This document shows, piece after piece, positions 48,515 through 59,620 of a stretch of DNA of 64,000 nt (positions are counted from its first letter, which is position 1; each line of letters begins with the position of its first letter). The notes under the pieces were generated by a model that saw only the letters and a list, made by a program, of their open reading frames with translations, ran no database searches and was not told the origin of the DNA. The DNA comes from an uncultured Methanosarcinales archaeon (GTDB lineage Archaea > Halobacteriota > Methanosarcinia > Methanotrichales > Methanotrichaceae): assembly GCA_963702455.1 (NCBI GenBank), contig CAVPCV010000005.1, positions 82,371 to 146,370 on the forward strand, read 5' to 3'. Position numbers and translations under genes: made by a program.

Positions 48515-50038
48515 TTGAAAGTCTTCGTTGATGGCAGAGAGATCGAGCTGTTGCCTGACGCGCGCCTGGCCGATGCATTGAAAGAAGCAGGCGCCAGTCC
48601 TGCGAAAGGCGCAATCGTGGGCGTGGTCAAAGGCAGAGGAGAAAAGTCGCGCCAGACCAACTCCTACTGGCTCAACACCACCAAAGGCAAACTGAGAATC
48701 GAGCTTCTGGAAAACGAACTGCAGAAGATCTGGCATGAGAACGTGGCCAAGATCCAGGGCTCAAAGGTAAGATGGTCCTCGGCAGACGCGGTCGCCTTGG
48801 GGCCATTTACATCCAATCTCTCTTTCGGCCGGGATGCCCATGAGTACAACCGGTGGGAAGTGGTTCTGGGAGCAGCCGGGTTTGATGCGGAAAATACTCA
48901 GCTCATCTTCGTGCATAGGAGGCATACGGCAGCCTACGGTACGCCAAGCGATGGCGGTGTGCTTGCCCACGTTGTAGGCGGCAAGAATACTCTGGACCGG
49001 CTGGAGGCCGGAGATCAGATCCAGGGAATAGAGCCCATTGTGGAATGGCAGGACCTGACTGAGAAGCTGGCCACAAGGGATTTGACTCTCCTTTTGGAAG
49101 ACGGCATGGAGATATTCACCAGGATCAAGGCGGAGCTCCTTGAGGATGCGCCATTAGGGGGCGAATTCTTCCTGGCACTGACCCGAGAAGGCACCTTAAA
49201 AGTCGATTCAATCTCCAGTTCTTTTGTCTCTTCAGATCAACTCTTGACGGAGCGCATAGCCTTTGAGCACCGCGAGCCTCGCCTGGAAGGTGTGGTGACT
49301 GTCAGAACCGGCGGACGGGGCCTTGGCCGGATATTCGTCTACAAGCAAGATCGAACCAGCAACCCCAGCCACTCCGTCGTGGCACGCGTCACTCTGGGAA
49401 TGGATATGGTGAAGCTGGCGGAACCCGGTCAGTTGATAACTGTGCAGGTCAAGCCGGAACGCATCATGCTCATGGGCACACGCCTGAAAGATGCCCTGAA
49501 GCAGATGAAAGAGCGGGGCATTGAGGCTGAGGCAGATGGCTATTCGGGCGACGATGCCGTCGTGGTCAGGCAGGAGCCCGGAGCGACGATGGAGATTTTG
49601 AAACAGAAGAAGGTATCGCTCTCTTCCATACCAGCCAGCCGTCTTGTGGCCATCCAGCTTTACAACGATCAGGCCCCCAGGACTCTGGATTACTTCCGGC
49701 ATGTCACAGGCCTCAAAGAGAGACCATTGGGTCCCTTGCCGGTCTATTTTGTCTACGAAAATACTCTGCTCTTCAAGCCGGAAATCGAAGCTGTCAGCTA
49801 CAAGGACCTGCTGCCAGAAAACAAACCCTCCGGCGTTGTACCTGCGGGCTCCATCGGCGTTTCCAACCAGGTCTCTAAGAAGATAGGTCTGGTGGGAGTC
49901 CGGCTGACAGAAGATAAACGCTATGGACCATCCGGAGAGAAGTTCGAGGCGACAAACATCATCGGCCGGGTTCTGGAACCGGAGAAGCTGAAAGATGTTA
50001 AGGAAGGGGAGACGATTTACATTATGGAGGTGCGATAA
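48515..50038 (+). CDS. mmp3: Methanogenesis marker protein 3
   Basis: TTKG, APRTLDYFR, GPSGEKFEATNIIG; cluster position. Confidence 0.92.
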   Translation: MKVFVDGREIELLPDARLADALKEAGASPAKGAIVGVVKGRGEKSRQTNSYWLNTTKGKLRIELLENELQKIWHENVAKIQGSKVRWSSADAVALGPFTSNLSFGRDAHEYNRWEVVLGAAGFDAENTQLIFVHRRHTAAYGTPSDGGVLAHVVGGKNTLDRLEAGDQIQGIEPIVEWQDLTEKLATRDLTLLLEDGMEIFTRIKAELLEDAPLGGEFFLALTREGTLKVDSISSSFVSSDQLLTERIAFEHREPRLEGVVTVRTGGRGLGRIFVYKQDRTSNPSHSVVARVTLGMDMVKLAEPGQLITVQVKPERIMLMGTRLKDALKQMKERGIEAEADGYSGDDAVVVRQEPGATMEILKQKKVSLSSIPASRLVAIQLYNDQAPRTLDYFRHVTGLKERPLGPLPVYFVYENTLLFKPEIEAVSYKDLLPENKPSGVVPAGSIGVSNQVSKKIGLVGVRLTEDKRYGPSGEKFEATNIIGRVLEPEKLKDVKEGETIYIMEVR

Positions 50039-50451
50039 TGCTGGTCACAAAGTATGTGATAACCTCCACGGAGTCGAATATTCTACCCTCGGATATTGCA
50101 ATGAAGATTTATGGTTCGAAATACGATGTCCGTGTCAAGGAGACCTGCTTTGGAGTCGTCGTAAATGGCGAAGAGGAAGTGATAAATTCTCTGCTGAAAG
50201 AGATCCGCAATCTTGACCCTGCAGGCATATTCATCAAGGACCGAGGCTTTCCACCGGGCGACCCCAGACGCTGCCGCGGTCGAAGAGGCGGCGGAGCGAG
50301 ACCTGGCTTTTACATGATCGAGTCTGAGTCCAAGATGCTGCCCATGATATCCCGGGCGCTGGCCAGAGAAGGCAAGGAGGCCGGGCCCGTTTTGGAGAAG
50401 AATAAACCTATCCCCATCAAGAGGCTGGAAGAGATAGTTAAAGAAGGTTGA
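50038..50451 (+). CDS. mmp6: Methanogenesis marker protein 6
   Basis: KETCFG, RGFPPGDPRRCR..GGARPGF motifs. Confidence 0.92.
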   Translation: MLVTKYVITSTESNILPSDIAMKIYGSKYDVRVKETCFGVVVNGEEEVINSLLKEIRNLDPAGIFIKDRGFPPGDPRRCRGRRGGGARPGFYMIESESKMLPMISRALAREGKEAGPVLEKNKPIPIKRLEEIVKEG

Positions 50452-50466
50452 TCTTGAGGTAAATCA

Positions 50467-50904
50467 ATGGCAAAAGTTATCGTTTATCCTCCCACCAGCA
50501 TGATACTCGCGGACCTCGTGGAGAGAATGGGTCACAAGGCGCTTGTGGTTCCAGAAGCGGTGAGAAGGCTCGTCACTGAGAATGAGATAGATTCGCCGCC
50601 GTTGAATGTCACACCCGAAGAGCCCAAGAAAGGGCTGCGCTATGCGGCAGTGGATGTTCCTTCCGGGGTGCGGGGCCGCATGGCTCTTATTGGTCCTCTC
50701 ATCGAAGAGGCAGAGGCTGCCATCATCGTGGGAGACCCGGGATGCTTGACAGGCTGTGCAGGGTGCTCCCGAACCAATGAGCTGGTCAGGCTGCTCATTA
50801 GGACGAAGGGTGTACCCATCCTGGATCTATCCTATCCCACAGATGATGCCGAGGCCAGGGATTTCGTGCAGAAGATTCGCACCTTTTTGGAGGGTTTGAA
50901 GTGA
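50467..50904 (+). CDS. mmp5: Methanogenesis marker protein 5
   Basis: [18 protein letters not shown] motifs. Confidence 0.92.
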   Translation: MAKVIVYPPTSMILADLVERMGHKALVVPEAVRRLVTENEIDSPPLNVTPEEPKKGLRYAAVDVPSGVRGRMALIGPLIEEAEAAIIVGDPGCLTGCAGCSRTNELVRLLIRTKGVPILDLSYPTDDAEARDFVQKIRTFLEGLK

Positions 50905-52127
50905 TTCGAATAGCACAGCTCTCTTGCGGCTCAGAGTACAGCGGCATTCAAAAAGAGATTGAGCGGGCTGCGGAAACCGTGGGCGCAAAAATCGTCTACC
51001 CTGAGGTAACTCTGGATGACATTCTAAGTGTGGAGAATACGTTCGGCGTCAGCGTGGCATCTGGAGACCTGAACCTGGCCATGGCCCGCGCCGTCAGGAT
51101 CGTGGAGAACCCGGATCTGGCCGATGCTGTTATAGTCATGACCTGCTTTCGTTGCGCCGAGGCTGCCATCATCCGATCGGAGATCCGGAAGTTCATTCAT
51201 GAGCGTTCCAGGATCCCTGTCTTGAGCTACTCCTTCACAGAGAGGACCACGGCGGAAACCCTGCTCACCCGGATGGAAGCCCTGGTCACGACCGTAAAGT
51301 ACAAAGGGCTACTGGCCCGCGAAAAACAGACGGGCCTTACCGCCGGAATCGACTCCGGTTCGACAACAACCAAGTCCGTGGTGATGAAAGACAATAAGGT
51401 GATAGGCACCGGCTGGGTTCCTACTACGGAGGTCTTGAAGAGCGCCGAGGATGCCTTCCAGGCTGCTCTGGATATGGCGGGCATAAAAAAGGAGGAGGTT
51501 TCAGCGGTGGGTGTGACGGGATATGGGCGTTTTCTCGTCGGCAAGCACATCAATGCCAAGCTGATCCAGGAGGAGATCACTGTCAACTCCAAAGGCGCTG
51601 TCTTTTTGGCTGATACTCAGAAGGGGCCTGCTACAGTTATCGATATCGGCGGCATGGACAACAAAGCCATCTCCGTGCAGGATGGAATCCCGGGCGGCTT
51701 CACCATGGGAGGAATATGCGCGGGAGCCTCGGGGAGGTTCCTGGAGCTTGCGGCCCGACGCCTGGGTGTGGATATCACTGAGCTGGGAAAGCTGGCTCTG
51801 AAAGGCGACTACAAGAATGTGGCCATGAACAGCTACTGCATAGTCTTCGGCACGCAAAGCCTGGTCAATAGCCTATCCATGGGCAACAAACCGGAAGATG
51901 TGGCCATGGCTGCCTGCCACTCAGTTGCCGAGCAGGTCTACGAGCAGCAGCTGCAGGAGGTAGAGGTGAAGGAGCCGGTGATCATGGTGGGCGGAACCTC
52001 GCTCATCGAGGGCTTGCCAAAGGCCATGGAGCAGCTTCTTCAGGTCAAGGTAACCGTTCCCCCGTATGCCCAGTACATTGGCGCCGTGGGTGCCGCGCTC
52101 CTCGTCTCGGGGCTGCTGGAGGGCTGA
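50901..52127 (+). CDS. mmp15: Methanogenesis marker protein 15 (ASKHA activase-like)
   Basis: [31 protein letters not shown] motifs. Confidence 0.93.
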   Translation: MIRIAQLSCGSEYSGIQKEIERAAETVGAKIVYPEVTLDDILSVENTFGVSVASGDLNLAMARAVRIVENPDLADAVIVMTCFRCAEAAIIRSEIRKFIHERSRIPVLSYSFTERTTAETLLTRMEALVTTVKYKGLLAREKQTGLTAGIDSGSTTTKSVVMKDNKVIGTGWVPTTEVLKSAEDAFQAALDMAGIKKEEVSAVGVTGYGRFLVGKHINAKLIQEEITVNSKGAVFLADTQKGPATVIDIGGMDNKAISVQDGIPGGFTMGGICAGASGRFLELAARRLGVDITELGKLALKGDYKNVAMNSYCIVFGTQSLVNSLSMGNKPEDVAMAACHSVAEQVYEQQLQEVEVKEPVIMVGGTSLIEGLPKAMEQLLQVKVTVPPYAQYIGAVGAALLVSGLLEG

Positions 52128-52128
52128 G

Positions 52129-52702
52129 ATGGACCCCATGGAGGTCTTCAAAATAGAGGTCACGGGCCAGGAGGAGTTCGGAGCTAAGAAGTACCGGGAG
52201 CTCATTATGGACATTCTGCAGGACCTCGGCCTCATCCGGTCCATCGGCAAGCTGTATGTTTATGTCGACATCATGAAACCGGTCTTCGCCGTCTATGGGC
52301 TCCTTCGTTCCGGCATTCCGCCTCTTACAGTCAAGGATGTGGGCGATGTGCTGAAGGTTCAGGGCGGCTATCAGGTCAAGATCAATGTTGAAGAGCATAT
52401 GGCGGACATGATCCGTGTCTTATCGGACCGACTATGGCAGAGAGCGAGTGGAACAACCGTCAAGAGATATTGTGGTCATAGCCTCCGATGCAACGCCCGC
52501 CGATCTAATGGTGGCGGACCTGGAGGCGGAGTTCCTGCAGGATCTGACCGATGCCCTGGTCAGAGTGGCACCGGAAGGTTTTCGCAATCGGCGAAATGAG
52601 ATGACCAAAGACAGTTTCTTCTTCATAGCGGCTGAGGAGACCCTTGAGCCGGAAATGATCTCAGAGATAAGAGAGAAGATCAGGGAGATGGAGAATGCTT
52701 GA
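52129..52702 (+). CDS. mmp17: Methanogenesis marker protein 17; frameshift near 52425
   Basis: Cluster position; C-terminal RVAPEGFR motif. Confidence 0.85.
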
Positions 52703-53618
52703 GCCTGTGATGTTCACCGGAGGATTGTACAAGCACGACCTGGTTGTTGAGCTGGTAGAGGACCTGGGAGGCTACGTCTTACAGAAGAATGTGACACAGA
52801 CTGAGATCATTCTCTTAATATTGATTCCTTCGGAAGACACGGCTGCGCTGGAAGTCCTGAGCAAGGAGCTGCGAGGAGAACTGGTGCGGGCGCCTTTGGC
52901 AGGAACTGAGGTGGCGGTGGTAACGCCGACGCTGGCCATCCACCATCTGCCGCATACAGCCTGCGACATTGCCGAATACCTGCGTCGCCATGGCTCCAAG
53001 ACGAACATGCTGGGTCTGGCCAGAGGCGTGGGCCGGGAGATAGCCCAGATAAATGAATATGAGACGGCTTTAATAAACGAACATGATGCTGCCGTATTCA
53101 TCTTCGGCAACTTCCAGGAGTGCATCAAGAAGAAAGAGTGTCTCTACCAGAATATCAACGTGCCCGTTGTGGTCACAGGCGGGCCGCAAATTCCGCAGGG
53201 AGACCTTCCCTATGCCTTCGAGTATGTTCCGTCCATCGGACGCGTTGCTCATAGGGCCAGGAAATCCACGGAGATCGGAACGCTGGACAAGATAGTCGAG
53301 GTTGTGGGCAGGGCCCTGGACAAAACCCGGAATGCCATAGCCAAGGACCCCATCACTACCTCACCGCCAAGAGTCATGGATGCGGTGCGTGAACAGGTTC
53401 CGGAGGTGGAGTTCTCGTATTCGCCGCTGCCTATTGCCTTGAATCTTACAGGATGCCGGGTTAAGCTCCCCTACGAAGGCTACAAGGATAAGGTGTCGGC
53501 GGTAACGTTCGACGAGGGTGTGAAACTGGGCGAGATTGCCACCATCAGGCCGTCGCGAATGAAAGACTATATACTCGTAAGGATATTACCCGCATCTGAA
53601 ACCGGGTTCGTCTTCTAG
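52695..53618 (+). CDS. mmp7: Methanogenesis marker protein 7
   Basis: GGLYK, EDLGG, HHLPHTACDIAE motifs. Confidence 0.93.
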   Translation: MLEPVMFTGGLYKHDLVVELVEDLGGYVLQKNVTQTEIILLILIPSEDTAALEVLSKELRGELVRAPLAGTEVAVVTPTLAIHHLPHTACDIAEYLRRHGSKTNMLGLARGVGREIAQINEYETALINEHDAAVFIFGNFQECIKKKECLYQNINVPVVVTGGPQIPQGDLPYAFEYVPSIGRVAHRARKSTEIGTLDKIVEVVGRALDKTRNAIAKDPITTSPPRVMDAVREQVPEVEFSYSPLPIALNLTGCRVKLPYEGYKDKVSAVTFDEGVKLGEIATIRPSRMKDYILVRILPASETGFVF

Positions 53619-53657
53619 AACCCGGAGCTCTTACGGCCAGGAGACGGCGCGAGGTTT

Positions 53658-54116
53658 GTGATCATGAGCTTCGAAGATGAATTGGACGCCATTTTAGTTA
53701 AAGGCAAAGATAAGGCAGCCGGAGATATTTTGAAAGCAGTCGAGACGACATATGGAGAGATTCCCTATGTCTTTCAGTTCATGGAGGACAATCCGGAGAT
53801 TCTCATCACCAAGGTCATGCATAACAATGCCATCCTGAGAAGCTCCAGTTTGGATGCCAAGACCGTCGAATTGATTTCTGTGGCCGTGTCGGCCGCCATG
53901 AGATGCAGCCACTGCCTGAAATTGCATATCAGAATCGCCAATAATCTGGGAGTACCGGATGATCAGATTGCCACAGCCATATTTCTGGCCGGAAACCTGG
54001 TGAACGCCAGCGTGCTGGCCACAGCGACCCGCCATCTGGATGAGGAGCGCGATATCTGCCGGGTCTGCGAGATGGGTAGCAATGCCTGCGAGATTCATGG
54101 GGAGAATAAAGATTGA
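53658..54116 (+). CDS. Carboxymuconolactone decarboxylase/AhpD family protein
   Basis: LDAKTVELISVAVSAAMRCSHCLKLH motif. Confidence 0.85.
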   Translation: MIMSFEDELDAILVKGKDKAAGDILKAVETTYGEIPYVFQFMEDNPEILITKVMHNNAILRSSSLDAKTVELISVAVSAAMRCSHCLKLHIRIANNLGVPDDQIATAIFLAGNLVNASVLATATRHLDEERDICRVCEMGSNACEIHGENKD

Positions 54117-54425
54117 TTGAGGATAAGAATCTCAACAGCATCTCTCCGGGTTACATGGCTGGCCCCGTTTGGTGGGAGACGGCGGAGGAGCACCGCTTTG
54201 CTCTGGAGGTCTTGCAGCTTGGACTGCGGAGAAAGATGCTCGGGGCCATTGCTCGCAGTTGTACGAGCTTGAGCCAGATCGAGAAGGAGTTTCGATCTCA
54301 GTCCGACTCAAGCGGAGTATCACCTTCGCATGCTGGAAAAAGCCCTGGTTGTTAAGCAGACTGAAGGCGGCTGGAGTGTCACGCCCACAGGAATTCTCTA
54401 TCTGGAGAATGTGGAGAGACACTGA
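54113..54425 (+). CDS. ArsR-like winged-helix protein; frameshift near 54295
   Basis: LRRKML..I, YHLRMLEKALVV, wing ending TPTG. Confidence 0.7.
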
Positions 54426-54471
54426 ATTAGCTTGAAGACAATCATCAGAACTCAGCATAAAGGCGAACATT

Positions 54472-54951
54472 ATGATTCTTCGCATCATTGCCGTCGGACG
54501 TCTCCGGGAAAGGTACTGGCAGGATGCTGCCGCAGACTTCACGCGCCGGCTTCGTCCCTATGCCCGCCTGGAGATGGTGGAGATACCTGCCCACACAAAG
54601 GAGACTGCCTCTCCCGCCGAGGAGAAGAAAGCCATTGCCGAAGAGGGCCTGGCAATTCTGGAGAAGCTGGAGCGCCACTCGGGCCCGGTGATTGTCCTGG
54701 ACAGAGTGGGTATCTCCTTTGATTCACCAGAGCTGGCCGCATGGCTGAACAAACAGATCCTGGACGGAACAACTGAGGTCGCATTTGTGATAGGCGGTCC
54801 CCTGGGATTGGCGCCGCCCGTTTTAGAGAGAGGGGATCTTGTCCTCTCCTTTTCCAGGATGACTTTCCCCCATCAGATGATGCGAATAATCCTTCTCGAG
54901 CAGATCTATCGCAGCTTCAGGATAATGCATCGTGAGCCCTATCATAAATGA
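54472..54951 (+). CDS. rlmH: 23S rRNA pseudouridine-1915 N3-methyltransferase
   Basis: IAVGR, FVIGGPLG, SFSRMTFPHQMMR..LLEQIYR..PYHK motifs. Confidence 0.92.
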   Translation: MILRIIAVGRLRERYWQDAAADFTRRLRPYARLEMVEIPAHTKETASPAEEKKAIAEEGLAILEKLERHSGPVIVLDRVGISFDSPELAAWLNKQILDGTTEVAFVIGGPLGLAPPVLERGDLVLSFSRMTFPHQMMRIILLEQIYRSFRIMHREPYHK

Positions 54952-55007
54952 TGATATAATAATGATGTAAATGATGATGATAAATATCGAATTAAATAGT
55001 TGAAAGC

Positions 55008-55618
55008 TTAAAAAGCCGATCTGCTGGCTGTGGCATTGCCATCTTCCGCCAGCTTTTCGCCCTCATAAAGCTCATAGTTTCCTTCCATCTTGTTGTTGAC
55101 GAGAGCCAGGTCCAGCTTATAGTCCTTCTTTTGCTTGACCAGTTTTACATCCAGGCTTACGGAACCCTCCGATATGGAGCCCGTGGCCGTGGCTGGAATA
55201 TCCGATCCACCATCGATAAGAGTGCCGTAACCTTGCAGCCTCTCACCGGTCTGAATGAGTATCAAATCAAGAGCTATTCCTTTATTCTGCTCTAGCGTAC
55301 CTCCTTTCTCCAGCATAACCCTCCACTTTCCACCTAGATCAATGGCGGGATCCTTTTTCTCGGCTGCCACGGCATTGCTCACCGTTGGAGTAATTCACTC
55401 TTATTCTCCTTCTCTGCCGTCTCTGTGCTCTGCTTTGCCGTGCCGTCCGGATTCAAAGTAGCACTGGAGCCCGTGGAGGATGCCACTGCCTGGTCGAAGA
55501 GCGGATCGGTCAGAAAATCCGTATTATCCCGAACTACCCATTTCCCGCAGCCTGCCCACGCCGGATAGGCGAGCAGTGCCATAATCAATACTGTGCATAA
55601 TACTAAATGTGTCTTCAA
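55008..55618 (-). CDS. Secreted protein, tandem paralog 1; frameshift near 55385
   Basis: Signal peptide + AGCGKWVVR; C-terminal GKW..LIQTG..G.G..GNATASR beta-rich domain. Confidence 0.75.
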
Positions 55619-57090
55619 TATATCGTCCTCCTTTAGAGATTGATAACATTTTTATTAAATTATTGGCGGAGGGAAGCCCGGATTTCCCCGAGCTCATGCC
55701 CCAGATCTGCTCGCGGTGGCATTTCCTTTGCCGGTCAGTTCTTCATCTGAAGATATTTCATAGCTACCGGAGATGCCTCTGTCCAAATTAAGCAGCTCAA
55801 GCTCGATGTGCTTGTCTATCTTGTTCCCGTATTCGCTCACAATGGTCCGTATATCAAGATACATGGCATTGCTGGAGACAGAACCTTTGGCGCTGACCTG
55901 GAGCTTCGTGTTCTGCTCATTGAGAGTCCCCATGCCCATGACGTTCTCTCCTGTCTGAATGAGTGTAAGAGGATTAATTGTAGCGCCCTCATTCTCCAAC
56001 CTTACCGTCCACTTGCCGCCCACTTCCATGATGTTGGACTCCGGAGGAAAAACCCCGGTCTCTGTGGCTTGAGCCGCAGACTCTGACGAGGTCTGATTCG
56101 GCGACTTGGGCGATGGATCTGTCATGCTCATATTCTGCCCGGAGATCAGCCCGCCTGCTGTTGTTGAAGGCTGCCGCGGCTTCTCGTCGGATGCAACTCT
56201 GGGCTTGCCCACCTCGATGTCTGCGGTCTTCGATGCAGGATGGGGATTTGCGATTTCAGGAATTTTCTCGGGGCTCTGTTTTGCCGTGCTGTCCGGATTC
56301 AGAGTAGCACTGGATCCCGTGGAGGATGCTGCTGCCCGGTCGAAGGCAGGGTCGGAAAAATATTCTATGCCATTCCGAACTACCCATGTCCCGCATCCTG
56401 CCCACGCCGGATTGGCGATCAGTGCCACAATCAATACTATGCATAATACTAAATGTCTCTTCAATATTATCGTCCTCCTTTTGAGATTGATAACATTTTT
56501 ATTAAATTATTGGAGGAGGGAGAAACCCGGATTTCCCCGAGCTTATGCCGCAAATCTGCTTGCGGTGGCATTTCCTTTGCCGATCAGGTCTTCGCCTGAA
56601 TACATTTCATAGCTGCCAGTTATAACCTTATCGACCTTTACCAGCTCGAGCTCGATGTGTTTGTCTATCTTATTCCCATATTCGCTCACAATAGTCCATG
56701 CTTCAAGACTCATGGCATTGTTGGAAACAGAACCTTTGACGCTGACTGGAAGCTTTGTGTTCTGCTCATTGAGAGTCCCCATGCCCATGACGCTCTCTCC
56801 TGTCTGAATGAGCGTGAGGGGGTTAATGGTAGCGCCCTCATTCTCCAGCTTAACCGTCCACTTGCCGTCCACTTCCATGGTCCTGGATTCCTCAGGCACA
56901 ACCTCGGACTGAGTGGCATCAGTCTCAGTCTCTGATGATGGCGACTTGGGCGACGGATCTGGCATGCTCATATTCGGCCCGGGAGTTAGCCCGCCTGCTG
57001 TTGTTGTGCTTGCCGCGGCCTCTCATCGGGTGCAATTCTGGGCTTGCCGATCTTGGTGTCTGCGGTCTTCGATTCTGGACGGGAATTCGC
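55427..57090. repeat. ~850-bp imperfect tandem duplication
   Basis: 55427-56273 aligns with 56274-57090, including the intergenic GATAACATTTTTATTAAATTATTGG..CCCGGATTTCCCCGAGCT. Confidence 0.85.
55694..56464 (-). CDS. Secreted protein, tandem paralog 2 (chimeric)
   Basis: Intact 256-aa ORF; N-terminus matches paralog 1, C-terminus matches paralog 3. Confidence 0.8.
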   Translation of the reverse strand: MKRHLVLCIVLIVALIANPAWAGCGTWVVRNGIEYFSDPAFDRAAASSTGSSATLNPDSTAKQSPEKIPEIANPHPASKTADIEVGKPRVASDEKPRQPSTTAGGLISGQNMSMTDPSPKSPNQTSSESAAQATETGVFPPESNIMEVGGKWTVRLENEGATINPLTLIQTGENVMGMGTLNEQNTKLQVSAKGSVSSNAMYLDIRTIVSEYGNKIDKHIELELLNLDRGISGSYEISSDEELTGKGNATASRSGA

Positions 57091-57846
57091 GTCGATTGAT
57101 TCTGTTTTGGTGACTTCCCTTGTGTCTTCGTTTGCTGATGAAGTGTCTGCGGTCTTCGATCCAGGATGAGGATTTGAGTCGATGGATGCTGTTTTGGTGG
57201 CCGCATTTGAGGCATCGTTCGCTGATGAAGTGTCCAGTGCCGATGCGACTGCTGTCGTATCAACCGGAGTCATGTCAACACGGTCAGCAGCCGTCTCGCT
57301 TTTTTGAGTTGCCGCGGATACTTCGAAGCTCTGCGTCATATTGCCCTCAACGCCATCGGCACCGGCACGCATAACCCGGACTTCGATCTGATTTTCTCCG
57401 GCATCCGCATCTGTGGTATTCCAGGTCCAGGAGCTTTCAGCGATCCAGCCGGTCTTATCCAGAAGCTTGCCGCCTGTAGCCGGTCCCTTAAGGAGATAAT
57501 CGTAAAGCATCTTTTCATTGTTGGGGTTCGCGGCCTCGACCTTCCAGACTATTGAGACTCCCGGGCCTTGCGGACTTGGCTTGTCCGGATTTAAGCTCTG
57601 AATTGTCGCATTCACAGCCACAGTCGAGCCCAGAGCAACAGCTGCTTTTCCAGAGCTGGATGCGGCCGATGACATATCTGATGCAGGTGCATTCTGGTTT
57701 TTGCTTACGAAAAATTCGGTGTCCCCGGAAGTGTCTCCCAGCGGATTGGTGCCACATTGCCCTTTTGCCATATTGCTCAGGGCATAGATTTGCACTGTCA
57801 GGCATAAGAGCACAGCTAGGGTGAGAAATAATATCTTGGACTTCAT
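56543..57846 (-). CDS. Secreted protein, tandem paralog 3, with extra Ig-like domain; frameshift near 57000
   Basis: Signal peptide, PDKPSPQ..W..Y.Y..WTW..IEVRV domain, S/T/A linker, shared C-terminal domain. Confidence 0.75.
57056..57234. repeat. 2 x 87-bp intragenic tandem repeat (29-aa linker unit)
   Basis: GTGTC anchors at 57056, 57143 and 57230; encodes DTSSAN..TKT.SID.N..P.SKTA twice. Confidence 0.8.
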
Positions 57847-58096
57847 CTTTACTAAACCTCCACCATTCCCAGGGAGATCGGGTTCCAACGGTTTAAAGCT
57901 TGCCCTTGGAACGTCATTCGACGAAGATCCGACCAGAATCAGAGACAGTCTCGCGCTTTTCCGTTCGGATCTATTTCTTTTCCAGGCTTTCCAGAGATCA
58001 ATTGATTGCATTCTGCCTTATCCCTCGTTAGCTTTATCAATCATTAAAGATCTCAGAGCTAGAACGGCCCGGGGGGCCGAGGGTGATTGAGCATGA

Positions 58097-59620
58097 ATGC
58101 GTGGGATCGCTTTATTTGGTAAAATACGATTTCTAGATACTACCTTACGTGATGGTGAACAGACGCCAGGTGTATCTCTGGGCACAGATGAGAAGCTCGC
58201 CATTGCCCAGGGGCTAGATGCCCTGGGAGTGCAGGTCATTGAAGCCGGGTCTGCGATGACCTCCGAAGGAGAACGCCTGTCTATTAAAGCAGTTGCTGAT
58301 TTTGGTCTCAAGGCAGAGATATGCAGCTACGTTCGGGCTATGACCGCAGATATTGATACGGCTCTTGGCTGCGATGTAGATTCGGTCCACCTCGTTGTAC
58401 CTGTATCTGATCTTCATATTGAGAGCAAGCTCAGATCGGATCGAAAATCGGTGATACTGAAAGCCGTTGAGGTGACGGAGTACGCCAAAGATCATGGTCT
58501 TATCGTAGAATTGAGCGGAGAGGACGCCAGCCGTGCCGATCAGGATTATCTGGCCAGCCTTTACATGGCCGGAATCGATGCGGGAGCCGATAGGCTGGCC
58601 TTCTGCGATACCGTGGGTGTGTTGGTGCCTGAAATGGCGGCGGAGATCTTTTCCCGGTTGTCTCAATTGGGCGCGCCGATCAGCATACACTGCCACAACG
58701 ACTTCGGCATGGCTACCGCCAATACCATTGCCGCGCTTCGTGCCGGGGCCTCTCAGGCCCATGTGACAGTGAACGGCATAGGCGAGCGGGCTGGCAATGC
58801 CAGTCTGGAAGAGGTGGTCATGACACTGGAGGCCCTTTACAAATTCGATACCGGGATCAAATGTCAGGATATATACCAGCTCTCCCGCATGGTCTCGCGG
58901 ATGACCGGCATTCCCCTGGCCCCCAACAAGGCAATCGTAGGCGAGAATGCTTTTACACATGAAGCAGGCATCCATGTGCATGGACTCCTGGCAGATACCA
59001 AGACCTACGAGCCGATACAGCCGGAGACAGTGGGCAGAAAGAGGCGCATAGTGCTCGGCAAGCATGCCGGTCGCGCCTCCGTCGAGCTGGCCCTGCGTGA
59101 GTTTGGTCTGGAAGCCACAAAGCTGCAACTGGCCCAGATTGTAGCACGGGTAAAAGAGCTGGCCGACAAGGGCAAACGAGTCTCGGATGCTGATCTGCAG
59201 ACGATAGCCGACACTGTGCTCTCCATCCAGATGGAACCGAAGGTGAAGCTGGAAGAGGTAACTGTGGTTGCCGGCAATACTGTGACGCCCACGGCATCAG
59301 TGAAAATCCTTCTTAACGGCGTTGAGAAGCTGGAAGCGGGCACTGGTGTCGGGCCAGTAGATGCGGCCATAAATGCCATAAGGCGAGCGATATCAGGGGT
59401 GGCTGATGTTCGCCTTGATGAGTATCATGTAGATGCCATAACAGGCGGAACGAATGCACTAGTGGAAGTATGGGTGACGATGGCGATGGGTGATCGGAAG
59501 ATAACTGCTCGAGGAGCTGGCGCGGATATAATCATGGCATCAGTCGAGGCCGTGCTGGAGGGCATCAACCGGCTTATGCGACTGGAAGAGGAGGAGAAGG
59601 CTAAATGTCGCAAGGGATAG
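58097..59620 (+). CDS. cimA: (R)-citramalate synthase
   Basis: [32 protein letters not shown]; upstream of ilvBNC (LeuA paralog not fully excluded). Confidence 0.82.
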   Translation: MRGIALFGKIRFLDTTLRDGEQTPGVSLGTDEKLAIAQGLDALGVQVIEAGSAMTSEGERLSIKAVADFGLKAEICSYVRAMTADIDTALGCDVDSVHLVVPVSDLHIESKLRSDRKSVILKAVEVTEYAKDHGLIVELSGEDASRADQDYLASLYMAGIDAGADRLAFCDTVGVLVPEMAAEIFSRLSQLGAPISIHCHNDFGMATANTIAALRAGASQAHVTVNGIGERAGNASLEEVVMTLEALYKFDTGIKCQDIYQLSRMVSRMTGIPLAPNKAIVGENAFTHEAGIHVHGLLADTKTYEPIQPETVGRKRRIVLGKHAGRASVELALREFGLEATKLQLAQIVARVKELADKGKRVSDADLQTIADTVLSIQMEPKVKLEEVTVVAGNTVTPTASVKILLNGVEKLEAGTGVGPVDAAINAIRRAISGVADVRLDEYHVDAITGGTNALVEVWVTMAMGDRKITARGAGADIIMASVEAVLEGINRLMRLEEEEKAKCRKG

